Shown here one piece after another: positions 13,437 through 25,960 of a stretch of 64,000 nt of DNA (position 1 is its first letter; every line of letters begins with the position of its first letter). The stretch is taken from contig MU053652.1 in NCBI GenBank assembly GCA_013239625.1, positions 3,040,001 to 3,104,000 of the forward strand, in the 5' to 3' direction. The notes beneath the pieces are model-generated. The model made no database searches, was not told where the DNA came from, and worked only from the letters and a program-made list of their open reading frames with translations. The translations under genes were made by a program, and so were the position numbers. Origin of the DNA: Lama guanicoe. Lineage: Eukaryota.

Positions 13437-14420
13437 ATGTCGGCTGCCGTGGCGTGCCTGGACTACTTCGCCGCCGAGTGCTTGGTGTCCATGTCCGCGG
13501 GTGCCGTGGTTCACCGCCGCCTGCCGGACCCCGAGGGCGCGGGCGGAGCGGCAAGCTCGGAGGTGGGTGCGGCGCCGCCGGAGTCCGCTCTGCCGGGTCC
13601 GGGGCCACCGGGGCCCGCGTCGGTCCCCCCGTTCCCCCAGGTCCCCGCCCCCAGCCCCGGCGCGGGCGGCGCCGCGCCCCACCTGCTGGCTGCAAGCGTC
13701 TTGGCTGACTTGCGCGGCGGCTCTGGGGAGGGCTTCGGGGAGTACTCGGGGGAAGCTCTGCGCGCCTCGTCCAGCTCCTCCGACCCGACCCCGTGCTCCG
13801 GCCCAACCCTGTGCTCCAAGCCGGCTCCGGCCTCCAGCGCCGCAGAGGTCTCGGGACCCGCGCACTCTTTCTGCGCGCTCGCGGTCCCCAGCGCGCCTGC
13901 AGTCCCGGGAGCGCCTGCCCACCCCTGCGCGGCCTCCTGCGGGGCCCCTGGAGCGGGCCCCGCCCCTGCCACGGGTCCAGTACCCCGTCGGAGGCCAGTC
14001 ACACCTGCTGCCAAGCGCCACCGCTGCCCCTTCCCTGGCTGCAACAAGGCCTATTACAAGTCGTCGCATCTGAAGTCCCACCAGCGCACCCACACGGGTG
14101 AGCGCCCTTTCTCCTGCGACTGGCTCGACTGCGACAAGAAGTTCACGCGCTCCGACGAGCTGGCCCGCCACTACAGGACGCACACGGGCGAGAAGCGCTT
14201 CTCCTGCCCCCTCTGCCCCAAGCAGTTCTCCCGGAGCGACCACCTGACCAAGCACGCCCGCCGCCACCCAGCCTATCATCCCGACATGATCGAGTACCGG
14301 GGGCGCCGTCGCAACCCCCGCGTCGACTCGCAACCTGCCAGCCTGGCGGACAGCTCCGGTTCCGTCCCCGGGCAGGTGCCCAGCTTCACCACCTGCTTGT
14401 CTGACAGTCATTGCTGTTAG
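13437..14420 (+). CDS. KLF14: Kruppel-like factor 14, intronless, 327 aa
   Basis: ATG at 13437 (GCCAGCATGT) gives [20 protein letters not shown], containing the Sin3-interaction motif of the KLF9/13/14/16 group. An Ala/Pro/Gly-rich region follows, then three C2H2 fingers (CPFPGC..HQRTH, CDWLDC..HYRTH, CPLC..HARRH) and the tail [13 protein letters not shown]...FTTCL. No introns; TSGA13 lies downstream as in human. The ORF-track start at 13290 is a GTG. Confidence 0.97.
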   Translation: MSAAVACLDYFAAECLVSMSAGAVVHRRLPDPEGAGGAASSEVGAAPPESALPGPGPPGPASVPPFPQVPAPSPGAGGAAPHLLAASVLADLRGGSGEGFGEYSGEALRASSSSSDPTPCSGPTLCSKPAPASSAAEVSGPAHSFCALAVPSAPAVPGAPAHPCAASCGAPGAGPAPATGPVPRRRPVTPAAKRHRCPFPGCNKAYYKSSHLKSHQRTHTGERPFSCDWLDCDKKFTRSDELARHYRTHTGEKRFSCPLCPKQFSRSDHLTKHARRHPAYHPDMIEYRGRRRNPRVDSQPASLADSSGSVPGQVPSFTTCLSDSHCC

Positions 14421-15829
14421 TCGTCCCCTCAAGGACAATCCCCCAGGCCGTTGTCCTTGCTTTCTCTCTGCCCATCTCTCTTTCCCAGAGTGATTAGACC
14501 AAGGCACAGACTGGCTTCTCTGCTCTGAGGGTGGGTCCAGGCAGGCATGTTGGACCCTGGGGAGGGACTGGGGGCCCGAAAATTGCAGGAATTCTTGCAA
14601 CACGTATGTGATCCTAAAAGGGGGGGTTACCTCAAGACAGCCCCCAGAAACTGGTAAAATGGGATGAACCCCCGTACTCTCCAGAGTCCTGAAGAATCTC
14701 CCTTCCATGGGAACCAGAGATGTGAAACTGGAATTCTCAGGTGCCTGAAGAGCTCCCAGTCTTAAAGGACTCTGGTGTCTTGCCCACCCACCAGAGCGGA
14801 CCTTGGAGAGGGTGTCAGGGGTGGCAGCCTTGGAAATGTCCAGGACTGAGGTGGTGAGAGGCCTTTGGAAACAGAAATGATTTCTATTTCTGTAAACAGC
14901 AATGTTTACTAATGTATTTTTAGTATCTTTTAAACAGGGATCCCAGGTTGATAGGAGGTTGATGTCCTCCACTCCCCAGTTGTCCCAGCTACCTCTGCTA
15001 GGAAAGAGGTCATGTAAGAGTCCATGTGGATGTATGGCTGGGAGATGCTTCTTGGTGTCTGGGGAGTGGTGCAAGTCTGTTTGCAGGTCCTGTTGCAAGG
15101 ATTGGAACCCTACACTCGCGTCGTAGATTTTCTTCCCATTTGGAGTCCTACTTGGGGAAGGTAACTTCCTGGCTCACTCACAATGAAATTGGTTTTGAAA
15201 TTTGGAAACATTCATAAAAGCACCAGAAATCAAAGGGTGATCCAGGCTAGTTCCCACTTCACCCTAGCGACTGTGGGTGAGATAGGTCCAAAAAAAAAAG
15301 ACCTTTCAGAACCATTGTTAACATTCAGGGAAATAGGGGCTTGTCGTCCCAGCTGCCCACTCCCAGGTAACCTCAGGTGGTAGATTCTGTTCATTTCTTA
15401 GTGGCTAACTAGGGGGTTATTTCCCTTGGTGCATTTTTGTTTCTGCAACAGGTGAGTTGGTGGTTTGGGGAGGTTAGGATGGAAGTGGCTTCTTCCAAAG
15501 ACCTGGCTGCCCTGGATTTGGGGAAGAGACAGCAAGGTGAAAGTTATTGTCAAGTAGGAGGACCCTTCTCCCCTGACCTTGGAGTCCCTCCAAGTTGCAC
15601 CCTCAGGACCCCTCTCCCCCAGTGCAGGACTCAAGCACCACCAGTATTTATTTTTTCTGTTCGTGTTTCTGCTGCTATGGATGAAATCGTTGGCCACTCT
15701 GCTTATGTATGTGTGAATGTGTATACATGTGACGCTTTCATTAGAGATGGAGTTGAAAGGCATTTCCTGCTCTGGTAAGGTCCCCTTTGGCCCCTTCCTG
15801 AATATCTTGTAGTACTCCATCAATCACAC

Positions 15830-15990
15830 TTGTGGAGGTGCCATAATCTCAAAAAACCATAACAGACATCTAGTTAAAACTGCTTTTTCCTGTTTTGCAG
15901 ATGAAGACACTGAAGGCTAGATAAGCTGTAAGTCATATGCTAAACTGCTGGCAAAAGCCATGACTAGAACTTAGATATCTGGCCTTCTAA
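15830..15990 (-). mobile_element. MIR fragment
   Basis: ttttgcagatgaagacactgaaggctaga resembles the MIR core. Confidence 0.55.
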
Positions 15991-17495
15991 GGAACTTTTT
16001 CCCTTATGCTTGGTTACCCCATCTGGAGCCTTAGTCAAAAGACACCACTCTCCCTTCCTGCCACAAGAATCCCCTCCTTCCCTATTCCCTATCACTTCTT
16101 TGTTCCTTCAAATGTCCAGTCCCCGCTGAACCCTTTGCCTGTTGTGTTTAACCTGAAAGCCCTTTTCTTAGCAGGTTGAGTCCATTCCCTTCTTCCACAC
16201 CATGTGGACTTAAAGTGGGAATGACTCTAGCACCTTGGGAGAGATTTTCTCTTTTGACCTGGTAGATTAATTTTCAGGGAGAGTTTCTAGTCCTGGGCGC
16301 TCCAGCTTCATTTTGAGAGTGAGTGATGTGAACATTGGGACTCTACTAAATTCTCCTACACTAAGTGAGGGAAGGGCATTTAGGAAGGACCCAAAGGGTA
16401 CAGGCTGTGACCCTGAAGAGGTTCAGAGCTTCCCAAAGAGAACTAAGCAGGATAGGTGGGCTCCTTGAGTTACATATGGGAAGAGAAGGCCCCGGTTTTG
16501 GAGGTGGGTTTTGGTGTGGGAAGAGTCCTCCCTTTGCTCTGTTTGTCTCCTTAGCCAGGACTTGATAGGAAGGGCACTCTGGGGTCCCCTTGAGGACTAG
16601 GATTTCCCCTTTGTTCCCTTCAGTAGAAAATCTGCCACTGGGGAAGTGGACCAACGAAACTAACAGGAGAGAGACTCCCACTGACCATTCTGGAATTGGG
16701 CTCAAGAAAGCTTGGCTTTTCCAACCACCTTCTGATAAATAACTTTTGATTTTCAATCTCCCAAATAGTGTCCTTATTTGAGTTCTTGTACCTTGGGGAC
16801 TTTTGTCTGGGGATGGCCTCTGACAATCTAAATACAGCATGTCTTTCAATGACTCCTCCAGAAACTTGGGGTGGTGGGAAGGGAAACAGACAATGGAGGC
16901 AAGATTTGTAGGCTGGTCTTTCTCAGTGTTGAGTATTATTGTTACCCTTTTCATTCCAGCTGCCAGATAGCTCTTGAGGACCAGTTATTAGTGAAATGCC
17001 TTAAAAGGAGCTTCCTGGTTTTATTGGTTTTCTTCTCTCTCTCTCTTTCTCTCTCTCTCTTCCTTCTTTTTGTTAATCAGATGGAGCTCAATAAGTAAGT
17101 GTGTCTGGGGTTTGGTTGCGGTAAATCTGAACCTCTGGGCCCTTGCCCGACCCACGCCATCCTGAGTTTGGATGTAGGGAAGACCTAGTAACAGAACCTA
17201 TTAATAGGACTCTTCTTGAAATCTGGGTTGGAATCTGGGAATGAATTCCAGGTCAGGTCTTGGGCATGAGGGAACTGGATCCTCTGCTCCTGCTGGGAGG
17301 CGATGAAGAGTATAGGCCTTGCCCCCACCTATTGAGACAAGAATCTGTCATTTGTCCCTGTTTCCCTGTTCTTCTCCAAGTGGGGAACCATATTGGAATA
17401 TCACTCTTGGCCCCATCTCTACCTCTTACTTCTCTCACAAGGAAGATTGTGGATTGTGTTCTCTGATGGAGACATACAGAAGATGTTCATCGTGT

Positions 17496-17500
17496 ACACA

Positions 17501-17533
<33 letters not shown>
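17496..17533. repeat. (CA)n microsatellite with one interruption
   Basis: Read directly from the sequence. Confidence 0.95.
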
Positions 17534-19389
17534 CTGTCTTTTCTCTTTTCCACATATTTGCTTGCAGTGTATACCTACTCCACTCAGATCCAGCTTCCGT
17601 ATGGTAAGCACACCTGCTCAGGCCTAGACCTGCCTTCCAGAGGGAGATCTGAAGAGCACCTCTCTCTGTCTCTACTTCTGGAGCAGCCATGCCGCTTGCA
17701 GCTCCCCAGGTAAGTGTTTCCATTGTATATTCTCCTTTGGGTGAGTAATCCCAATAGGAGGAATTGGAGGGGTGGGAGAGGCACTGGAGGGATGGTATTA
17801 GAAAGCCCAGTTTTGGCCTGAGATGCAGCTTCATCATCAAAATACTGATATTTTGGTCCTCATTGGTCTAATTGCTGTATCTATTACCCAGTTGGTTGAG
17901 AACTGAGAAAGGAAAAGGATATGATTAGCTTTCTCCCTTAAGCTCCAACACATGCAAATATGCTATTATTATTTATGGCTATTAAATCTTGAGAAATAGG
18001 CACTCTGACTGGAATTAGGGGACCAAAATAAGATGTGTGGAGATGAAACATCTGGTGTCCCAAGGCACAGGCTTTCGTGCTTTAGTGATCTTAGGCCTTT
18101 CAGTTCCTTGGCCTTTTCAAGTTCTAGCAGCTTATGGTAGCTGGTGTCCATAGGCAAGGTACTATTTTTTTTCAGAGGTAATGGACATAGGGCTTTGCAA
18201 AAGTAGGCTGCACAGGCCACTGTGGCTGATCTTGATTTGCACAGATATAGTTGAGAGAGGCTTGTTGCAGAAGGGAAAGGCACTATTGAATGGAAAATTT
18301 TGTTCCGCCTTTTATTCTCAGCCAGAATTGCAGAACAAAGGCTTAAAAGTGCAATGGTGTAAGTTCCACATGTACTTCAAAACATGTTTGGGAGAGTCTA
18401 GCTCTTAAATTGTGCTGGGGATTAGCAGGTGACATTAGATTAGTTTCACCCAACTTGAGTTTATCTTGACTTGAATTGCATCCTTTTATAGGGACCAGGG
18501 AGGGACTTGGAAGGGGCCAAATTCTTTCATTCACATGGGTGTCCAGAGTCACGTTCTATTTATGCCCCAAGTTGGTGTCAGATGTGTTGACTATATAAGC
18601 CCTGACAGGGGAATTTCAAGGACTCAAGCTGTGTGTTCAATCAGAGGAATGATGGATTTTAATCATAAATATAAAAAGAGAAATGCAAATGTTCGTTATA
18701 TGGGGCTTTGAGGTATAGAGAAATAATGGTATTGTAATTCCAAAGGTTAGGAAGAGTATTTAAAACGGTTGTGCCTGGATTCTTCTCTCCCTGGGAAGCA
18801 GGTCTATTCAGGAAATCAAGTAGGAACCATATTTGTTTCAAACATATGTTCAGACCTTGAAGTCAAATTGGAAGAAGTGGGAGGGTAAAAAAATGAATAA
18901 AGGAAGATAGGCTAATTGAGCTGGAGAAAGAAAGATTTCTTTAGAAGAAAGGTTGTGTTCTTAAATGACACAAAAGAATTGACAATAAAAATGGGAAAAC
19001 AAGAAAGGCCAAGAGCCCACTGATCTTAAAGGTGGGGTTACAGAAGGTGGTAGTTCAGTCATGACTAAATTAGAGGAGGTAAAAGGAACCCAAAGAGAAA
19101 TAACAGAAGAAAGGAAGCAAGCTCTCAGAGAGAAAACAGAAAAGTCCATCTCCACCAAGGATCTCAGATCCTGGGAAATATTGGGAGGTACCTACATGAA
19201 CCTGCAGAGAAAGCAATGGGAAAACATCCCATCACCACTAAGATAGGTATACTAGAAGGTTATAGAAAATGTAGATATACTGCCAATGTTTTCAGCTTAG
19301 TGATATTACCATGGCAAATGGAAATACCAATATGGCTTGGAGAATGTAAAGAGTTAGGCCTCTAAGGGAAAGCATAGGGTAGAAGAAAC

Positions 19390-22200
19390 ACATGAAATAT
19401 AGAAAAGTAACTTGTCAAATTAATATAAACTAGGAAGGAAAAAAGCCCCATTATCTCAGTTGGTTCCAAAATAAGTATTTGTTAAAACTCAACAGCAATT
19501 TGTGATTTAACTTTAAAACATCTTACCAAAGTAGTAAGAAAAATAATTTTTAAATTGATAAAAAGTATCCACCAAAAGCCTACAGTAAACATCAAACTTA
19601 GAAAGATAGCAGAAACTCCTGTTGACCATTTAGTAAATAGAAGAAAGTCTTAACAAACTCCAGATAGGCAGTAACAAAAATACAACAGGAATCTACCCCC
19701 AAATCCATGCACTGGGAAATATAAAAAGAAAACCTATACATAACACAGATAAAGCAGCAATTACCAAAATTTAGAACTCAATGGAAACCAAAAGCACAAC
19801 ATAGCAAAACTTCTGTGATGCAAGCAAACAGCACTGGGGAGGAAGTACAGCTTATAGTCTTCAGTTTTTCATTAAGAAAAAAAAAAATTGAAAGTGAATG
19901 AAGTAAACTTTCAACTCCAGAAGAAAAGGAAAATAAACAAACCTAAAGTAGAAAAAACCGTTACCATGGGCAATACACTCAATAGAGAAGATATTGCCCC
20001 CAAGGGAGAAAAACATTATTTCCTGGGGAAGGGGGAGTGAAAAAAATGTGAGATATTACAATATTTGTGGCCCTTCAAAAGGCCATACTCCATAAACAAA
20101 TATACCCTATATGTGTGGTTTAAGATGTGGGGGCAGAGGGGAGTAGTGATTAGGGGGAAAAGGTCTAAAAAGGCTCCTGGAGGGGAGATAATGAAAAAAA
20201 GGTTGAAAAGCACTGCCATAGATAAAAGCAGATTGGTGAAACAGATAAAGAAAATGAGTAGAGTTGTCCAAAACACTTTTTAAAAGCCTAATAAAAGTAG
20301 ATTTCTTTGACAGATATGATTAAGAAAAAGAGACAGAAGGCACAGAAATTATTAGGACTAGAAAGGGGCATAAGATCACAACACATGAACAGAGTTTTTA
20401 AATTATAAGAGAATAATTCAAACAACTTTATATCCATAGAATTGAAAAATACATGGATAATCTTACAGGAAAACACAAAATTTTAAAATGGTTTAAGGAG
20501 ATGTAGAAAATCTGAAATGAAAATAATAGTCAAAGACCTATCCCCCTAAAAGGCACCAGGTCTGGGCGGTTATATAGGCAACTTCTCCAGACCTTCAAGA
20601 AACAGATAACTTCTGTATTTTATAAATTGTTGTAAATCATAGAAAGAGAAAAATTATCCAGTTTACTTCATGCTATATAGTTAAGCTACCTTAATGCCAA
20701 AAGAAGACAAATAAAAGATAAAGAAAAATAAACCACTTTTTATTTATAAAGATAGGTGCAAAAATCACAAGTAAAAAATATTAGAAATTATATTTCAGCA
20801 GTGAGTGAAAATAATAATGCATCGTGATCATGTTAAACTTATCTCAGAACTGTGAGATTAATCCAATAATAGTGTTCTATCAATATAATTCACTACATTA
20901 ATTGAAAAAAGGAGAAAATTAGTGACTTTCTTATATGCAAGCAATCATAAATCAGAAAATGTAATAGACTAAGTGATTCCATATATGGTAGCAAATAATA
21001 ATATAAAAAACCCTTATAGACAAGACTATAAAACTTTTACTGAGTGATAATAAAAGGGACATGACTAAATAGGGATAAATAATGTTCCTGTAGATGCTAA
21101 AACTCAATACTTTGGAGATATCAGTATTTTTCTCAAATTTATATATTTAATACAATTCCAATCAAAACTCCAAAAAGATTTTTTGTGAAACTTTTTCAGG
21201 GAAACATTATGGAAGATTATGGAGGTTGAGGGAGAGATAGGGATGGAGAGTTGATTTACCAGATACCAAAATATTACAAGTGATGTGGTATAGTGCAGGA
21301 ATAGACAAATAGGTAAGTGGATTGAATAAAGAATTCAGAAAGAGACCTGTGAATACAGAAGTTGGCATATAAGAGATATGGCACTTCACATTAGTGTAGA
21401 AAAGACACACTAGTTAAATTTTATTGAGACAATTAGCTCTTCATAAGAAAGCAAAACAAAACAGCAAAATAAAACACAACATTACATTCTATCTCAAATG
21501 TTTTAGAAAAATTAATTCTAGATGGTAAAGACCTAAACATTTTTAAGCTATGAAAGGTATTAATCCAAAAAACTGGAAAATGTCATCCTTGGATAAAGAA
21601 GACCTTCTCGTTTAGGACAAAATAATTTTTTAAATAAAAATTTAAAGAAGGAAAAGACAGATTTGACTGCATCAAAATTCTAAAATGTTTTACATCTGAA
21701 AACCTAAACAAAATTAAATATCTAGCTACACTCTGAAAAAAAGTTAATAGGCACAGGATTAATATTCAGAATAAATAAAGAACCAAAATTTTAAAATATA
21801 AGGACCAAAAAGCAGTGGTCAAATGATAGTAATAAGCAATTTAAAGAAAGAACCAGGATTGAGAGATAGTCAGTGGATCTTTTGCTTTCCATGTATAATG
21901 CTTTTGCTCTTTTAAAAGGAGAATATTTCCATGTATTGCTTGCATATGTTTAAAAACATTTATAATATTTAAAAGAGGGGGAAAATACTATTGGTTAAAA
22001 AACAAAAGCAGATAGTAGGGTAAGAAAAAAATATACCAGACAAATGTTAACAAGAGCAAGCAAGTATGACAAGATTAACAGTGTCAAAATAAAATTCAAA
22101 GTATAGCCTTGGAATTAAAAAAAATTCCAAGTATAAAACATTAGTGGGACAAAGATAGATTATTTTATATGGAGACAAAGTATAGTACACTAAGAATCTA
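19390..22200 (+). mobile_element. Old L1 fragments
   Basis: A-rich degenerate ORF2 motifs (aaaaggcaccaggtctgggcgg; aatacaattccaatcaaaactcc). Confidence 0.7.
19971..20215. mobile_element. Non-autonomous hAT-Charlie DNA transposon remnant
   Basis: Ends CA...aaaaggttgaaaagcactg; internal gatattgcccccaaggg and gatattacaatatttgtggccct; flanks ccatgg / ccatag. Confidence 0.6.
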
Positions 22201-23466
22201 AACCAATCAGGAGCTTTTTGCCCATATAGAGGTGTCAGCTCAAGGTAGACGCTCAAGAGCTCTAGTGTCTTTTCCAGGATTTGGGCAGGGATTTTCTTCT
22301 CCATCCCTGCCTAGAAGTTCAGAGACCCTTTCCCGTTTTCGAAGCTCATTGAAGGGAAGGATGTGCAGGAGATGCCAACAAAGGTTAAATCACATAGGAG
22401 CTGAGCCCAATCTAAATTCCCTCAAGAAAATCTATCCCCAACCCAACTCTTCCTTTTTCCTCCTTCAGAATACTCTTTGTCCCTCTCATTTTTTTTTCCA
22501 CAAAAGCTCTTGATGATTCAAAGCTTGACCCAGAATGCTAGTACCCCTTTCAAAATATTCTAGCTTAGCAAAAAGGAAGAAAAGAAAAACAGTTTAAAAA
22601 AAAAAGTGCAGACATTTACAGGATGGCAGCATCCTTTATTATCTATAGCTAATTACATCTTATTAAGAAGCTCCCACTCCTGTCAATGACAGAGGAAAAA
22701 TTGTAATTTGTCACACTGTCTCTCAGGGCTGCTTCCTTCCAAGGATCTCCCTTCTCCTTCCATCATGGTTTCTGAATACTGGGAGACTATACATCCTCAT
22801 CGTGGCAGGAAGGGAAGCAGTCTCAGGGCCGTGTGCCGTGCTGTTCTCTGGGTCCTCACTCATTTTCCATGCTGTGTGGCTATTCTGGGGATCTCTGGGC
22901 ATAGAGTGCTTGTGCCCAACAAGTTAGAACAGGTCCTGTCTGGTTCTTTTGGCTGCCTTTCTCATTTCTCTGCCGGAGCCAGTGGTCCTGCTATAGCCTC
23001 TAGTTGTGAGGTCTCTGTTGAATGTAACTTTTTCATCCCAAATGCAGACTTCTTCTGGACCTTGGGTTTCTCTCAGTGTTCCTGTACCCTCTTGCCAAGA
23101 CATGAGAAATATTCTGGTTACCCTCCGTGTCACACCAAGGCCATAGGGAACTGGGGTACAGACATAGGTCCATTTGCCTAGGAACCTCTCAGTCATTTTC
23201 AGAATTACTTCTTGAATGGCACCATGTTGCCCTAGCACCATGCTGAACTCAGAGTGGAAGGGAAGGACCAGCCCAGAGATTCCAGATATTACCTCAACTT
23301 ATTTGGGATTCCTAATGTTGTGTCCATCTTCCCCATTCTGGGCTAAAGCCCAAGGAATAAGGGGGCTAATGGGTTCCTTCTCAGGGGTCTAAGCACCAGG
23401 TGAGTCTCATCTCAACCTCTCTAACCTTCCCCTTATCCTTGGCTCTTCCAGTTGGAAGAACACTTC

Positions 23467-23518
23467 ACTTCCTCCCTCAGTGGGTATCAACTTCCTCCCT
23501 CAGTGGGTATCAACTTCC
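23467..23518. repeat. Perfect 23-bp tandem duplication (acttcctccctcagtgggtatca) x2.3
   Basis: Read directly from the sequence. Confidence 0.95.
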
Positions 23519-24299
23519 CTCTGTCATACTCCTAGTTTGCTTTGCCTATTGATTATAGTAAAACTTCTCGTCCAGGCTACATGCTTTGCTCTTAATATTT
23601 AAGAGTATTTGAAATTTGGAGCTCCCTTTACTTCCCGAACAAAGCTTTCAAGATTATTATCTAGTTATAGGCTTCAAAAGATGAACTAGAATCATTATTT
23701 ACCCTTATATTCCTGTTATAACAATTATGATGTTCTCTGAGGCAAATAGATGCCTTTGGTTAAAAAGGTAATGGCTACATAGAAGAAAATAAGGGGGAAA
23801 ATCACATCAATATTTTTCAAAAACACCTCTCCCTCCCACCAATTTTTAATCTGGTTAAAAATTAAGTTACCAGTTCTGAAAGTGGAGCTAAGAGCAGCAC
23901 CACCTGCCCCCTGCCACTAATTGGGTCTTACAAGAGAATAAACTTATCAAAAATAAATAAAACAAAAGGAAGTTATAGTCTGCCCTCTGCAGACCCTGGA
24001 CTCAGGAAAAGTCAAAGAGAAAGGAAGGGTTACAGTTATTACTGCTCTCCGCAGGGTAGATATGGCCCAAGTAGGTAGCAGAGAGGGTACCAGCAGCATC
24101 CTGTCCCCCAAGGAGTTCTGGGGCCACTTGTGCAGTCAAGGGTGGAACAGCAATTTGGTCAGTGGGTTCCAGCAGGGGTCAGCAATGGATTGGACTGGAA
24201 TGCATCTCGCAGCCCCAGACACAGTGCTGGAGGCTTTCCTTTTGGGGCTGTGTGTACTCATGGCTTTTACCCAAAAGAACCAGGCTTTCATGGACCAGG

Positions 24300-25960
24300 A
24301 CATACATTTCAACAAATATTTATTGAACACTTGGATTGTGTCAGGCACTGTTATAGGCATTATAGGATAAAAAGTGAATAAAACAAATATCTGTGCCCTT
24401 ATGATCTTATATTTTAGCTGAAGGGACATAGAAAATAAACAATAAGTAAAGTATATATTATATTAAGTAACAAAATATGAAATTAGTGAAAAGAAGAGCA
24501 GGCTATGTAGGCTCAGGCATGCTGGGTGGGACTAGGGGTTAGATTAAGGTAATAAACAGGGTGATCTGGACAGGCTTCATTGTACAAATAAGATATGAAC
24601 AAAGACTTGAAGGAAATGAGGAAGTTAGCCAGGAGGTATCTGGGGGAAAATTGTCCAGGCAGAGGGAACAGCTAAAGAAACAACCACAGGGGGTGTGATT
24701 AAGAAACAAAGGAGACCAGCACGGCTGGAGCAGGAGTATGATCGGAAAGAAGTGGGGATGACGGATCATATGGACCTTATAGCTTACAACTTTGGCATTT
24801 TCTCTGGGTAAAATGGAGAATCATTGGGGATTTTGAGCAGAAGCATGATATGATCTGCCTTATGTGTAAATGATCATTCTGAGTGTTATGATAGAGGGGC
24901 TTAAACAGGAAGGTAAGTTAGGAGGCAATTTCATTAATTTAGATGATGGTGGCTTGGACCAGAGTGATGGTAGAGGAGGTGGTGAGAAGTGATCAGATTC
25001 TAATAGATTTTAAAGGAAAAATCAATACACTTTCCTGAAAGACTGGCTATGGGGAGTGAGGGAATGAGAAGAGTCAGAGTGATTCAAAGTTCTTTGGCTT
25101 GAGCAGCCAGAAGGATGGAGTTGCCATGAACTGAGATGAGAAAGTCTAGATGTGGGAGCAGGTTTGTAGGGGAAGAACAAGTGTTCCATTTGAACATGTT
25201 GAGTTTGAGATGTATGTTAGATGTCCCAGTGGAAAATTTGAATAAGCAATGAAGTAAGTCTGGAGTTTGGGAGAGAGGTCTGGGCTTGAGAAGAAAAGTT
25301 GGGAGTTAACAGCATGTTTAAAGCTTGTAGTCTGAATCAGATCAGCCAGAGAGTGAGTGTAGAGGAAGAAGAGAAGAAAGGCTAAGACTGATCCCTGAAA
25401 CAATCTAATTTGAAGAACTGAGGGAGCTGAGGAGGAACAAGAAAAGGAGCTAAGAAGGGGTGACGAAGGAGGTAGGAAGAAAGCCAAGAGTGTGATGTCC
25501 TAGAAGCCTAATAGAGAAAGTATCCAAAAAGGGAGTGGTCCACTTTGTCAGATGGTCAAGCTAAGTCAAGTAGGATGAAGGCTGCGGAGCTGCCCATTGA
25601 CTCTAGCCACTGGGCAGTCATTGGTGACCTTGATAAGAGCAGTCATGGTAGAATGGTGGGAGTGAACACCAGATTGCAATGGATTTAAGAAAGAACAGAA
25701 GGAAAGAACCTGGAGACCATGAGTAGAGGATACTATTTTGAGACACTTTTCTGTAAATGGGAGCAAAGAAATGGAAATGGGGTCAAGAAAAGTGATTGCT
25801 TTTTTTTTTTAAGATGGGGGTTAAAAAACCCCAGCCCATTTATATGCTAATGAAAGTGATCTAAGAGGGAGTTAAAAGTTGCTAATGCAAGACAGGGATT
25901 GGGGAGAATTGCAAGAGTGATATCCTTAAGTAGGCAAGGGCAGTGGGATCTGGTGCACAA
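24300..25960 (-). mobile_element. Long L2 element including its 3' end
   Basis: ttcaacaaatatttattgaacac...tgtcaggcactg is the L2 3' terminus, followed by collinear antisense L2 body. Confidence 0.88.

Larger units (their letters stand above)
12950..14420. promoter_or_regulatory. CpG island covering the KLF14 promoter, 5'UTR and CDS
   Basis: Very high GC and CpG density from ~13040 to 14420 against a CpG-depleted background. GC boxes (GGGCGGG near 13260, GGCGGGGCGGGC near 13309-13320) and two GCGTCA half-CRE-like motifs (13292-13308). Confidence 0.9.

Noticed and set aside
13223..14101. Overlapping alternative-frame ORFs in KLF14 (161, 166, 214, 178 and 102 aa)
   Set aside because: These are expected by-products of very high GC content and give low-complexity Arg/Pro/Gly peptides.
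13437..14420. Calling the gene KLF16, KLF13 or a pseudogene
   Set aside because: The intronless intact ORF, KLF14-specific linker and tail, and TSGA13 synteny identify KLF14.
16361..16954. 197-aa minus-strand ORF
   Set aside because: No recognisable domain or splice context; compatible with chance.
22708..23241. Overlapping 157-aa and 105-aa ORFs as a gene or pseudogene
   Set aside because: I could not recognise any protein family, TSD or poly(A) tail.
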